From positions 556,340-620,339 of the forward strand of contig JBKBYA010000001.1 in assembly GCA_046313635.1 (NCBI GenBank): a stretch of 64,000 nucleotides of DNA, written 5' to 3'. Source of the DNA: Pyrinomonadaceae bacterium. GTDB lineage: Bacteria > Acidobacteriota > Blastocatellia > Pyrinomonadales > Pyrinomonadaceae. Below are positions 50,263 through 60,108 of this stretch, piece after piece (positions within the stretch are counted from its first letter, which is position 1; each line of letters begins with the position of its first letter). The notes below the pieces were generated by a model. It ran no database searches. It was not told the origin of the DNA and saw nothing but the letters and a program-made list of their open reading frames with translations. The translations under genes were made by a program, and so were the position numbers.

Positions 50263-50562
50263 TATTCCAGGCGGCTCTGCCGCTCTATGTGCGGAAAAGC
50301 AAAGATTTTCCGCACATAGACGGGCGGAGCCCGAAAGAGTTTTCTAAACAGCCCGAGCGCGCTGCCGACCAACATCGGCAGGCCCGTGCCGAAGAGTTCT
50401 ACTCCGGTCGGAATCCTTTGCCGCTGTATCGAACGCATTCCGACGACAGCCCAACTTTCGTTCAGCCTCCGGCAGCAGCGCGTTCTATCAGCTTCACCCC
50501 GGCTTTTTCAATACCGACTGCGTGCGCATACAATAGCTGCACTTTACTCACCGGAGACCACA

Positions 50563-51855
50563 ATGAAAAAACTACTGACCGCTGCATGCCTGTTGATGTC
50601 GCTCGTGCCGGCGACCTTTGCTATCGACATGAGCCGCGAGATCGAGGCCGCGACCGCCAGGATAATGCCCAAGATCGTCGAATGGCGTCGACATCTGCAT
50701 CAATACCCGGAGCTTGGCAATCGTGAGTTCAAGACGGCCAAGTTCGTCGAGGAGCACCTTCGCCGGCTCGGCATCGAGGTGCGTACTGGCGTCGCGAAGA
50801 CCGGCGTCGTAGGCATCCTCCGTGGAGCGCAGCCAGGGCCGGTCGTCGGCCTGCGGGCCGATATGGACGCGCTGCCCGTTACCGAGCGCAACTCGCTGCC
50901 CTTTGCTTCAAAGGAGACAGCCGAGTTCAACGGCCAAAAGGTCGGCGTGATGCACGCATGCGGTCACGATACGCACGTCGCGATGCTGATGGGCGCGGCC
51001 GAGGTGCTCGCGGGTATGAAGGACGAGATAAAAGGAACGGTCGTTTTTATCTTTCAACCGGCCGAAGAAGGCCCGCCCGCCGGCGAGGAAGGCGGAGCTC
51101 CGCTGATGGTCAAAGAAGGCGTGATGGACGATCCGAAGATCGACGCCGTGTTCGGCATTCACATCAATTCGCAGACCGAGGCCGGCACGATCAAATACAA
51201 GAGCGGAGCTGTGATGGCCGCGAGCGACTGGTTCACGATCAGGGTCAAGGGACGACAAACGCACGGAGCTTACCCGTGGCTCGGCGTCGACCCGATCGCC
51301 GTCGCGACGCAGATCTACACCGGCCTGCAGATGATCGTCGCGAGACAATCCGATCTGCCTAAAGCTCCGGTCGTTATCACGGTCGGCAGATTTAACGCGG
51401 GCATCCGCGAGAACATCATTCCCGAAGAGTTGACGATGGCCGGCACGATACGAACTCTCGATGCCGGGATGCAGCGAGACGTGCATCAAAGGATCCGCAC
51501 GACGGCGCAAAAGATCGCCGAGAGCATGGGAGCGACGGCCGAGGTCACGATCGAAACAAAGGCTCTCTTGACCTTTAATGATCCGGCGCTCGTCAAGCAA
51601 ATGCTGCCGTCGCTTGAAAAGGCTGCCGGCAAGGCGAACGTGCTGGAGACCGAATGGGTGACCGGTGCCGAAGACTTTTCGTACTTCGGTCAAAAGGCGC
51701 CGGCTTTCTATTTCGTCGTCGGCGGGATGCGTAAAGGTCAGGACCCGAGGACCGCCGCGGCGCATCACACGCCGGACTTTATGATCGACGACAGCCGGCT
51801 GGACGTCGGCGTCAAGGCCTTTGCGAATATCGTTTTTGACTACTCTCGAAAGTGA
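50563..51855 (+). CDS. M20D amidohydrolase with signal peptide
   Basis: RRHLHQYPEL, RADMDALP, MHACGHD, FQPAEEG, AEDFS, HH. Confidence 0.93.
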   Translation: MKKLLTAACLLMSLVPATFAIDMSREIEAATARIMPKIVEWRRHLHQYPELGNREFKTAKFVEEHLRRLGIEVRTGVAKTGVVGILRGAQPGPVVGLRADMDALPVTERNSLPFASKETAEFNGQKVGVMHACGHDTHVAMLMGAAEVLAGMKDEIKGTVVFIFQPAEEGPPAGEEGGAPLMVKEGVMDDPKIDAVFGIHINSQTEAGTIKYKSGAVMAASDWFTIRVKGRQTHGAYPWLGVDPIAVATQIYTGLQMIVARQSDLPKAPVVITVGRFNAGIRENIIPEELTMAGTIRTLDAGMQRDVHQRIRTTAQKIAESMGATAEVTIETKALLTFNDPALVKQMLPSLEKAAGKANVLETEWVTGAEDFSYFGQKAPAFYFVVGGMRKGQDPRTAAAHHTPDFMIDDSRLDVGVKAFANIVFDYSRK

Positions 51856-51955
51856 AAGGGCGAAAAAGCGAAAAAGTTAAAAGGAGCGGCCCGTCGCAAA
51901 TACCGGCGACCTGAAATTCTTACTTTTTCACCCTTTCACCCTTTAACTCTTTCAC
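51852..51955. repeat. Empty octamer-arm inverted repeat between convergent genes
   Basis: gtgaaagg gcgaaaaa gcgaaaaa gttaaaag ... tttttcac cctttcac cctttaac tctttcac. Confidence 0.85.
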
Positions 51956-51958
51956 CTT

Positions 51959-52441
51959 TTACGACTGGATGTGCGCCTCGACGAACCAGAGCTGTTTGTC
52001 GATCTCGCGCGAGATCTCGGTCAGCAGATCGGCCGTGTCCTGATCGCCGAGCTCGCTCGCGTCATCGATGTTCTTTCGTACAAGCTTGCCAAACTCGGCA
52101 AGCGCCGACGAGAGCGCGTCGACATGCGCCGTTCCGTCGGTGATCTCGAGCGGATATTCACTTAACGAAGACTTTTGCGCGGCCTGGCGAACCGTGCCGT
52201 ACGCCGTGCCGCCAAGCGTCGTGATCCGCTCGGCGATGAGGTCGATGTGCCCCTCGACGGCCGTCGCTACCGCGTCAAACAGCTCGTGGAGCTGGAAAAA
52301 GCTCATTCCCTTAACGTTCCAATGCGCCTGCTTGGCCTGCGACTTTAGATCGCTCGCGTCGGCCAGACGCGAATTGAGCAGGTCGATCAGCTTTTCGCGT
52401 GTCGCGAGATCGATATCGATCTTGGTTCTGTGTAATTGCAT
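51959..52441 (-). CDS. dps: DNA protection during starvation protein
   Basis: KQAHWNVKG..F.QLHELFD, D.IAERI, DQDTADL, LWFVEAH. Confidence 0.96.
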   Translation of the reverse strand: MQLHRTKIDIDLATREKLIDLLNSRLADASDLKSQAKQAHWNVKGMSFFQLHELFDAVATAVEGHIDLIAERITTLGGTAYGTVRQAAQKSSLSEYPLEITDGTAHVDALSSALAEFGKLVRKNIDDASELGDQDTADLLTEISREIDKQLWFVEAHIQS

Positions 52442-52453
52442 AATATCCTCCGA

Positions 52454-52491
52454 TTTAGAATTATTCTAATTACGAAGCAACCGCGTGTCAA
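52454..52491 (-). promoter_or_regulatory. dps promoter with overlapping Fur-family (PerR/Irr-like) box
   Basis: Minus strand TTGACA, 17-nt spacer, TAGAAT; perfect 7-1-7 palindrome TTAGAAT-T-ATTCTAA at 52455-52469. Confidence 0.8.
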
Positions 52492-52542
52492 TGGCGCGCG
52501 GAGCATCGGCCCGGTGTATTTAGTATCTTGTAAGTGCAGTGA

Positions 52543-53484
52543 ATGGAAAACGCGATGGTATCAATGCTTCAAAACTCGAATGGCGCCGCCAAGATCGTCG
52601 GTCAGGCCTCGGAGGTGACGAGCGTCGCGTGGGGATCGATCGACGGAATGATCGACTCGATAGCGGCGCGGCTTCCGTACCTGCTGGCCGGCGTTCTGGT
52701 GCTTGGACTGTTCTATATTGCCGGGAAGTTGGTCAAGGCGATCTTTTGGGCGGCGTCCAGCCGCACCCGCATCGACGACCGGCTGCGGATCTTGTTTGCA
52801 CGGCTGATCGTGTTTTCGATCGTCGTCGTCGGCATCTTTACGTCGCTGACCGTGGTCGTGCCGTCGTTCACGTTCGGCGACATGATCGCGGGGCTGGGAT
52901 TCACGTCGTTCGTGATCGGGTTTGCGACCAAGGACATACTCAACAACCTGCTGTCTGGAATGCTGATACTCTGGCAGCATCCGTTTACGCCGGGCGATCA
53001 TATCTTTGTCGGCAGCAATCAGGGCAAGGTCGAGTACATCGGCGTTCGTGCGACGTCGCTGCGCAAGGACGACGGTGAGCTAGTGCTGATACCGAACGGC
53101 GAGATGTACTCCAGCGCTCTGATCGTGCGGCGCGCGGGGTCGAGCCGGCGAATGTCGATCAAGCTCTTTGTCGGCTTCGACGCCGACCTTGCTCGCGTCA
53201 AGCAGATCTGCCGCCGCGCCCTCGACTCGGTCGACCGGATCAAGGACAACCCGAAGCCGACCACTCTGCTGACGGATATCGCCGTCGAGGGCATCGGTGT
53301 GACGGTCAGCTTTTGGATCAACACGACCGAGGCAAAGCCTCAGGAGGTTTTTGATCAAGCGGCGATATCGGTCATCGGCGAGCTCCGCCGCGAGGGCATC
53401 GCGATCTACGACCATTCACCGCCTGACGGCAAAAAGCCGGCAGAGGTGCCGGCCGTCAAAAAGAAGGTCGATGACGAGCTTTAA
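52543..53484 (+). CDS. Small-conductance mechanosensitive channel (MscS family)
   Basis: IGFATKDILNNLLSG, PF.PGD, G.VE.IG.R.T, IPNG. Confidence 0.9.
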   Translation: MENAMVSMLQNSNGAAKIVGQASEVTSVAWGSIDGMIDSIAARLPYLLAGVLVLGLFYIAGKLVKAIFWAASSRTRIDDRLRILFARLIVFSIVVVGIFTSLTVVVPSFTFGDMIAGLGFTSFVIGFATKDILNNLLSGMLILWQHPFTPGDHIFVGSNQGKVEYIGVRATSLRKDDGELVLIPNGEMYSSALIVRRAGSSRRMSIKLFVGFDADLARVKQICRRALDSVDRIKDNPKPTTLLTDIAVEGIGVTVSFWINTTEAKPQEVFDQAAISVIGELRREGIAIYDHSPPDGKKPAEVPAVKKKVDDEL

Positions 53485-54197
53485 CGGATGACGTTGGCCG
53501 CTCCCGAAGCGGGCCGAGGCACGGCGGTCGACGCCTCCGCTCCGCGAAAGAGCGGAGTAAATATCCACTTGGAGTGATTCTCGATCCCGTAGTACGCGAT
53601 CACCGAGCGGCTGCGGCTCCCGCTCGCTACGCCGATGAAGGGAACGTTTTCGGTAGGGCCGTCAACGTCGTTCTCCGGAGCTGCTGGGTCGTCCTCGTCC
53701 TCGTCGCTGCCGGTATTCAGATTATTCACGATCACGACGGCGTAACGATCGAGGAACTGCCGCGGCTGCGGGCTGGAGGGCAAGAGGCCGTTGTTGTAGT
53801 TCTGCACTCGCCGCGCAAATCGGCCGAGCACCTGAGGGTCGGGCTGGATGAGCCGCCATTTGCCGTCCGGACTTAGAGGATCGACGGCCGCCGACTCGCG
53901 CATTATCATCCGCTTTTTGGTGCCCTGAGGCAGGCCCTCGAGCAGGTCGTCCATCGACTGCGGGAGCTTGCGGCCCTGGTAAAAGGCGATATACTGCCGG
54001 ATCGCCTCGGCGACCTCCTCGCCGCGGCGGATGGCCTCGAGCTCTTTTTCTCTTTGGATCTCTTGCTGAACGGACGGAGCGACCGCGAGCAGCGCGATCG
54101 CAAAGACCGCCATTATCGCCATCACGGCGAGCAGTGTCATGCCGGCTTCGCCGCGGCGGTGCGCGGCGAGAGCGTCAGCGCCTAAAGCCGTCTCCAT
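53481..54197 (-). CDS. Type II secretion/type IV pilus pseudopilin-like protein
   Basis: Prepilin-like GEAG|MTLLAVM plus hydrophobic helix, QREKELE, LPQSMDDL. Confidence 0.75.
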   Translation of the reverse strand: METALGADALAAHRRGEAGMTLLAVMAIMAVFAIALLAVAPSVQQEIQREKELEAIRRGEEVAEAIRQYIAFYQGRKLPQSMDDLLEGLPQGTKKRMIMRESAAVDPLSPDGKWRLIQPDPQVLGRFARRVQNYNNGLLPSSPQPRQFLDRYAVVIVNNLNTGSDEDEDDPAAPENDVDGPTENVPFIGVASGSRSRSVIAYYGIENHSKWIFTPLFRGAEASTAVPRPASGAANVIR

Positions 54198-55302
54198 CGT
54201 CGTCGTCATCGTCCTTCTTCTGCGGCTGAGGCGTTGGCGGCTGGCCGGGCTGCGGCGGGACGTATCGCGGAATATTGTTCGGAATGCCGGGTATGTCCTG
54301 CTGCTGGACGTTCGGATTCTGCATGTTCGGGTTGTATGGCTGGTATATCCCTGCCGGGAACTCACCCTGCGGCGGTCGGCCCGGCGGCTGACCGGGGCCG
54401 CTCGTCGAGCCCGGCTCGGGCCGGTAGAGCGGCAGCCTGTGCCTGAACCCAAGATTGACGTCCTCGAGTACCGCCTCAGCGCTGGAGATACTTATCACTC
54501 TAAATCGGCCGCCGACCACATCGTTGAGCCGGGCCGCAAACTCGGGCCTGTTCGATTCGCGAAATACGGCGGTGTCGTTATTATGCTTGGCCCGGGCGAT
54601 CATCCCGACGTACTGGAACTGCGGCGTCGGAGGCGGCTGGATGCTGATCATCACCTGATCCGAGTAGAGTTTGCCGTCGGGCGTCTGCACCAGAATGCGG
54701 GCCGAACCGGCGCCGGCGATCATCGACGCCGGCACGGTCGTTACGAGCCGCTGCTCGTTGACGAATTGGGTCGGCAGCTCGGATTGGTTGAAATAGATCC
54801 GGGCCGACGGATCGAACTTTTCCCCGACCACCTCGAGACGGAAAGCGCCCGAGCCCGCAAAGACGCTCTGCGGCGACACGTTGTAGACCCGCATCGGCGG
54901 CGTCGGTGTCGGCGTTGGCGTCGGCGGCGTCGGGATCGGGGTCGGCAAAGGCGTACACGTCGGGCACGGCGGCGGCGGCTCGTAAAACGCAAAGATATTG
55001 CGGCCCGCGTCCGGCGCGCCGAATCCCGAAGGACTGTAGACGACCGGCGTCGTCATATTGTAAAAATCCTGTTCCTGTCGTGACGGCATCCGCAGATCGC
55101 CGGCCGCCGCCGAACGGCTGCCCGGCGATGCCTCCTGCGTTCGCGGGGTCGGCGAGGCGGTGACGGTCACTTTTGTACTGCCGGCAAACATACTGCGGCC
55201 GAATGCAAAATAAAGCGCCAGCAGAGACATCAAACCGAGCACCGCGGCGGCGATGATCTTGTTTCTTTCGGTCGGGCTTTTGCCGGCGAGCGGATTCATC
55301 AT
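54175..55302 (-). CDS. Membrane-anchored Pro-rich protein with IPT/TIG-like domain (PilP/GspC-position gene)
   Basis: Single TM, RNIFAF, Ig-like segment, YVGMI...NDVVGGRFRV. Confidence 0.6.
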   Translation of the reverse strand: MMNPLAGKSPTERNKIIAAAVLGLMSLLALYFAFGRSMFAGSTKVTVTASPTPRTQEASPGSRSAAAGDLRMPSRQEQDFYNMTTPVVYSPSGFGAPDAGRNIFAFYEPPPPCPTCTPLPTPIPTPPTPTPTPTPPMRVYNVSPQSVFAGSGAFRLEVVGEKFDPSARIYFNQSELPTQFVNEQRLVTTVPASMIAGAGSARILVQTPDGKLYSDQVMISIQPPPTPQFQYVGMIARAKHNNDTAVFRESNRPEFAARLNDVVGGRFRVISISSAEAVLEDVNLGFRHRLPLYRPEPGSTSGPGQPPGRPPQGEFPAGIYQPYNPNMQNPNVQQQDIPGIPNNIPRYVPPQPGQPPTPQPQKKDDDDDDGDGFRR

Positions 55303-55318
55303 TACAGGTCCTGTTCGA

Positions 55319-56284
55319 CTATTGCGCGGTCGGCTCGAGTACCGGGCGTCTGAAATAGGCGGCCATTTCGATCCTCAGACTGACGACCTCTCCGTGGGTC
55401 TTGCCTCGCGGACGCTGCGGGGCGGACGTTGTCGCGAAGGGCTGCGAAGGCGCGAGCGTCGGATTGGCGACATCCATTCCCGAGCTCGTCTGCATCGGGC
55501 CCTGCGTGGCTCCTGTCGGCGTCTGCCGCTGATTGTCAGACGGTTCGAGCTTGATGGAGCTGATGATGACAAACTCCCGACCCGTCTCGATCTCTCGAAT
55601 GAACCGTCGAAGGTTCTGGTACGGACCTTCGACCGTCATCGTGACATAGACGCCCGGAAAAAGACTTCGAAACTTGGCCTTGCCGCGCTCGCTCTCGCCC
55701 GCATCCTGAGCGGAGCCCTGGTCGGCGGCCTCGAGCGGGGCGTAGTCGGGACCGCTCGTATTGACCAGTCCGTTGCTCGCGATCAGGCCGTTGATCCGCT
55801 GGTAGAGCGAGTAGCGCCCGTTCTCGGCGGCCGGCAGGTAGCTGAGCTGAAAGTCGTCGACGCTCTTGATGAGGCTCGCGACGTGCGATTCGGTGTCGGT
55901 GATCGAACCGTATCGAGCGGTCGCGGCGCCGAGGTCGCGGTCGAGCTTGTCACGCTCGGCGCGATTGCGTTCGAGCTCGCGATCGGACGGCACGACGAGA
56001 AAGAAATAGATCAGCAGCACCGCGACGATCGCCAGCACGCCGACAAAAACGGTCGCCAGCTCGGTCTGTCCCCAGATGCCGAGGTTGACCTTTCGCGGCC
56101 GGTTGCGCGGGACGATGTCGATCGCCGGCTCTTTTTCGATGACCACGGTCTCGTCCGGCGTCAGCAGAACGGTGCGGTCGGCCTCGTCGACAACGACCGC
56201 CGAGTCACGCGTCGCGCCGTACTCGTTGACGACGATCTCGGGCGTCTGTTCGGCCGGAGTTTGTGGGTCGCGCTCATTCATCAC
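55319..56284 (-). CDS. PilO/GspM-like protein
   Basis: TM plus coiled coil; VEGPYQNLRRFIREIE. Confidence 0.7.
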   Translation of the reverse strand: MMNERDPQTPAEQTPEIVVNEYGATRDSAVVVDEADRTVLLTPDETVVIEKEPAIDIVPRNRPRKVNLGIWGQTELATVFVGVLAIVAVLLIYFFLVVPSDRELERNRAERDKLDRDLGAATARYGSITDTESHVASLIKSVDDFQLSYLPAAENGRYSLYQRINGLIASNGLVNTSGPDYAPLEAADQGSAQDAGESERGKAKFRSLFPGVYVTMTVEGPYQNLRRFIREIETGREFVIISSIKLEPSDNQRQTPTGATQGPMQTSSGMDVANPTLAPSQPFATTSAPQRPRGKTHGEVVSLRIEMAAYFRRPVLEPTAQ

Positions 56285-56904
56285 TGAACACCTCCGCTGC
56301 CCGAATTCTGCGCGACGTCCGTTCCCGGCGTGTCGACGGCGAAGTTCGGCGTATAGATCACTCGCAGCGTGAATTCAGAATACGTGATCGATTCGCCCTC
56401 CTGACGGTCCTGTCCGCGAAGCTCGGCCTGGAAGCGCCCGGTCGAATTCATATTTTCGATCATCGACATCACCGACGGATAGTCGCGGCTCAGCACGCCG
56501 AGATCGAGCTCGGCCTTGATGCGGCCGTTGTCGTTGTACACATTCTCGACGTTGATCCGCGACGCGCTGACGCTGCCCGGCATCACCGATTCGAGGTCGG
56601 CAAAGAGGCGAGACCACGCAAATCCCTTATTGGCGACGAGCTTGTGTGCGGCGGCGAGCACCGCCCTCTGCTCGGGCGAAAGCTGCTGCTGTACCTTTTC
56701 GCCCTCGCCGTTGAGCTGTTTGATGCGGGCCTGCATTTCCTCGATCTGCCGGAGCGTGAGTTCGTTCAGCCGTGAGTTCCGATCGATCGCCGCAAAGCAC
56801 AGCAGCGCCCCCGCCACGCTGAACGCCAGCAAAAGGACGGTGATGATGTAAGGCAGATTCCGATTGCGGAAGGGCCTCGTGGCAAGATTTAATCTGGTTA
56901 TCAC
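56281..56904 (-). CDS. PilN-like protein
   Basis: RLNLATRPF, TM, coiled coil, WSRLFADLE.VMP. Confidence 0.75.
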   Translation of the reverse strand: MITRLNLATRPFRNRNLPYIITVLLLAFSVAGALLCFAAIDRNSRLNELTLRQIEEMQARIKQLNGEGEKVQQQLSPEQRAVLAAAHKLVANKGFAWSRLFADLESVMPGSVSASRINVENVYNDNGRIKAELDLGVLSRDYPSVMSMIENMNSTGRFQAELRGQDRQEGESITYSEFTLRVIYTPNFAVDTPGTDVAQNSGSGGVQ

Positions 56905-57020
56905 GGCTTGATTAAACTGGATCGTCCGCCCGCTTGGATGCGCGAACCGAGCGCAAATGTTACCACAAAATTACGACAATTCTTTCACGCGGCCGTCGAG
57001 CTAAAGGTTGCAAAAAGGCC

Positions 57021-57953
57021 CTAATCGCGGCGGGCGGGGAGCGGGCCGTCGAGCTCGTACGGCGACAGGTCGCGATAGGCGCAGACGCGGTTGCGTCCCT
57101 CGTGCTTGGCTCGGTAGAGCGCCGAGTCGGCCATCTCGACGAGCTCGATCGGATCGAGCGAATCATCGGGGCAGCACGAAATACCGATGCTGATCGTGAC
57201 TTTGTGCTTCTGGTCGGGGCTATCGCGGCGGACGACCGAGAAGTCGAACTTCTCGACCTCCGAACGGATCCGCTCGGCTGCGACGATCGCCTGCGGCAGC
57301 TCGGCATCGAGCAGGAAAGCCGCAAATTCTTCGCCGCCAAAACGAGCCGCCGCGTCGCCGCTTCGGAGGTTTTTGACGATGCATTCACCGAGCTCCTCGA
57401 GCGTCTTGCTGCCCGTCAGGTGGCCGTACGTGTCGTTGACGCGCTTAAAAAAATCGAGGTCCATCATCAGCACGCAGAAGGGACGGTCCTCTGCCCGTGC
57501 CCGAGCGGCCTCGCGGCGCAGTTCAGAAAAGAAGGAGCGGCTCGACAGCAGCCCCGTCAGATCGTCGTGCGACAGCAGACGATGGATCTGCCGGTGATAC
57601 TCGCGATCGATCTCGTCGTGCAGGTCAAAGCGCAGGATGTGCTTGCCGATCCCGATCTTGTCCCCGTTGGAGAGCCGCTCCTCGGTGATGCGCTGCCCGT
57701 TGAGGAAGGTGCCGTTCGGCGAACGAAGGTCGGTGAGGATGTACTCGGAGCGTCCGCTCTCGTCCGGCTCGGTGACGGTGATGCGGGCGTGCTCTCGCGA
57801 GATGCGCGGATCGTTGATGCGCACGTCGGCGGCAAGAGCGCGCCCGAGAATGATCTCGCTTCGCTCGAGCGGGATGGGTGCGGCGATCAGATCGCCCGTC
57901 AAAAAGACAAGTGCCGGCCTGAGATCTCGTTTGAGGGCTTCGGCTGTTTCCAT
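57021..57953 (-). CDS. FHA-domain diguanylate cyclase
   Basis: LGR..SREH..SPNGT (FHA); DLDFFKRVNDTYGH, RSGD I-site, RFGGEEF. Confidence 0.93.
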   Translation of the reverse strand: METAEALKRDLRPALVFLTGDLIAAPIPLERSEIILGRALAADVRINDPRISREHARITVTEPDESGRSEYILTDLRSPNGTFLNGQRITEERLSNGDKIGIGKHILRFDLHDEIDREYHRQIHRLLSHDDLTGLLSSRSFFSELRREAARARAEDRPFCVLMMDLDFFKRVNDTYGHLTGSKTLEELGECIVKNLRSGDAAARFGGEEFAAFLLDAELPQAIVAAERIRSEVEKFDFSVVRRDSPDQKHKVTISIGISCCPDDSLDPIELVEMADSALYRAKHEGRNRVCAYRDLSPYELDGPLPARRD

Positions 57954-58086
57954 AATTTACGGCAGCGAGTGGGGCAGGCTGAGGAAATTGACCCGCAAAA
58001 TAGGATATCGTATTCCTGCGGAGCGGTTCCACAGCTTTTTTTGCGGCGGTCGAAGCCCGCCGGCGCTCCTGCGCTATCCGATCCGA

Positions 58087-59151
58087 ATGCAGATCCTGAT
58101 CGTCAAGCTCGGCAGTATAGGCGACGTGGTCCACACGCTGCCGTCTCTGGCCGCGATCCGCGCGGCGGTGCCCGCGGCGCAGATCTCGTGGGCCGTTGAG
58201 CCGCGTTCGGCCGAGATACTGCGCGGCAGTCCGATGATCGACCGTCTGGTCGAGGTGGACACGCGCAGGCTGCGGCGGGCAAGGCTCGATTCGGCGGCAG
58301 TGGAGCTGCGCTCGCAGGTCCGCGAGCTGCGTTCGACGAGGTACGACATTGCGATCGACTTTCAGGGACTGATCAAGTCGGGCGCGATCTGCAAACTGTC
58401 GGGCGCGGTGCGGCGTTGGGGATTTGACCGGCTCGGGTTGCGCGAGCCTGCGAGCCGCGTCTTTTTGACCGACACTGCGGCGACGCGGCCGGGCGTCAGC
58501 GTGATCTGCAAGAATCTCGCGCTCGCCGGCGCCGCGGTCGGCTTTGACCCGTCGGCCGCCGAACTTGCCTTTCCGATCTCGACCGGCGAAGCTCACCGCG
58601 CCGAGGCGGCAGCTATCGCCGCGCGGACCGGGCCGAGATTCGCGCTGCTTAATCCGGCCGGCGGCTGGGCGACAAAGCTTTGGCCGGCGGAGAACTATGC
58701 AGCGCTCGCCCGTTCGCTGTCGAGCGAACTCTCGCTTCCGTCCGTCGTCGTTACCGGCCCGGGCGAGGAGCCGCTCGCAGCAAGGGTGCGAGAGATGGCC
58801 GGCAACGCAAACGTGACCTTTGCCAGCCCGAGTCTCAAAGGCTTTTACGAGCTTGCAAGACTTGCGTCCGTTTACGTCGGCGGCGACACCGGGCCGACGC
58901 ATTTGGCGGTCGCCGCGGGCGCACCGGTCGTCGGGCTTTTTGGTCCGACCGAATGGTGGCGAAACGGCAGCCCGCGGCCCGACGACATCTGCGTCGAGCG
59001 CACTGATATCGGCTGCCGCGTAGACTGCCACCGGCGACGCTGCTCCAACTGGATCTGCATGGACATCGAGGTCGAGCGCGTCGCGGCCGCTGTCGCCGAA
59101 CGAATCGAGCGTGCCGAGCGGTCCGCCGCCGCATCAAAGCTTGCGGTCTGA
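58087..59151 (+). CDS. waaC: LPS heptosyltransferase I-like (GT9)
   Basis: ILIVKLGSIGDVVH, DFQGLIKS, GDTGPTHLA. Confidence 0.8.
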   Translation: MQILIVKLGSIGDVVHTLPSLAAIRAAVPAAQISWAVEPRSAEILRGSPMIDRLVEVDTRRLRRARLDSAAVELRSQVRELRSTRYDIAIDFQGLIKSGAICKLSGAVRRWGFDRLGLREPASRVFLTDTAATRPGVSVICKNLALAGAAVGFDPSAAELAFPISTGEAHRAEAAAIAARTGPRFALLNPAGGWATKLWPAENYAALARSLSSELSLPSVVVTGPGEEPLAARVREMAGNANVTFASPSLKGFYELARLASVYVGGDTGPTHLAVAAGAPVVGLFGPTEWWRNGSPRPDDICVERTDIGCRVDCHRRRCSNWICMDIEVERVAAAVAERIERAERSAAASKLAV

Positions 59152-59223
59152 GACCGGGCTCCGGCGGCCCGGGATCTTAGATATACTCTTGATAGATCGT
59201 CGAAAGGTCTGACCGCAAATCTT

Positions 59224-60033
59224 ATGAAAGGGTCGTTGCAAAAACCGAGAGCTGTCGTGCTGCTCATCCTCGCGCTCGCAGCAGCCGCGTACACTCAATC
59301 GCCCGCCAAGGCCGCCGCGCCGAAGCCATTCAAACCCGGAGAAACTCTCACGTATGAAGGCAAGCTCAGCAAGATCATCGTCAGCTCAGTCGCGGAGCTG
59401 ACGATGAAGGTCGAGAGCGGCAGTCCGGAACCCGATTCCGGCTATCTCATCAAGGCGTCGGCCCGCTCGAAGGGCACGCTCCTCTCGCTCTTTCGATACA
59501 GCTTCCTCTACGAATTCGCGTCGGATGTCGACGGGTCTAATTTCCGCATCGAGCGCACCGTCCGCAAAACGACCGAGAAAGACCGCGTCCGCAGCGGCGA
59601 GGCTCGCTTCAATTACGGCGAAAGGCTGGTCACATATCTCGAGACCGACCCGAACGAGCCGATGCGGCCGCCGCGCAAGATAGCGTCCGCGATCGGCGAG
59701 CAGACGCTCGACGTTGTTTCAGGTGTGTATGCCTTACGGCTCCTGCCGCTCGAGATCGGAAAGAAGTTTGTGCTGACGGTCAGCGACTCGGGACTCGTTT
59801 ACGAAGTTCCGATCGCGGTCACCGGACGCGAACTTCAAAAGACCATTCTCGGGCGAGTCTGGTGCTACCGTGTCGAGCCCGACGTCTTTGGTCCGAATCG
59901 TATGATCGAAAATGAAGGCAAGATGACGATCTGGATCACCGACGACGCCCGGCGCGTGCCCGTCCGCTCGGTCATCAACGCGTCGATCGGAAAGATCGAA
60001 ATACGCCTCCGGGCCGCGTCGAATCTGCGATAG
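59224..60033 (+). CDS. DUF3108-like secreted protein
   Basis: PFKPGETLTY, IWITDD.RRVPV. Confidence 0.75.
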   Translation: MKGSLQKPRAVVLLILALAAAAYTQSPAKAAAPKPFKPGETLTYEGKLSKIIVSSVAELTMKVESGSPEPDSGYLIKASARSKGTLLSLFRYSFLYEFASDVDGSNFRIERTVRKTTEKDRVRSGEARFNYGERLVTYLETDPNEPMRPPRKIASAIGEQTLDVVSGVYALRLLPLEIGKKFVLTVSDSGLVYEVPIAVTGRELQKTILGRVWCYRVEPDVFGPNRMIENEGKMTIWITDDARRVPVRSVINASIGKIEIRLRAASNLR

Positions 60034-60108
60034 CCCCATACGTTCACGACCGCCGCCTTGTATGTTCGCGGCCGAGCGCGGATAATTTTGTCGTTCCAAC
60101 ACACGATC

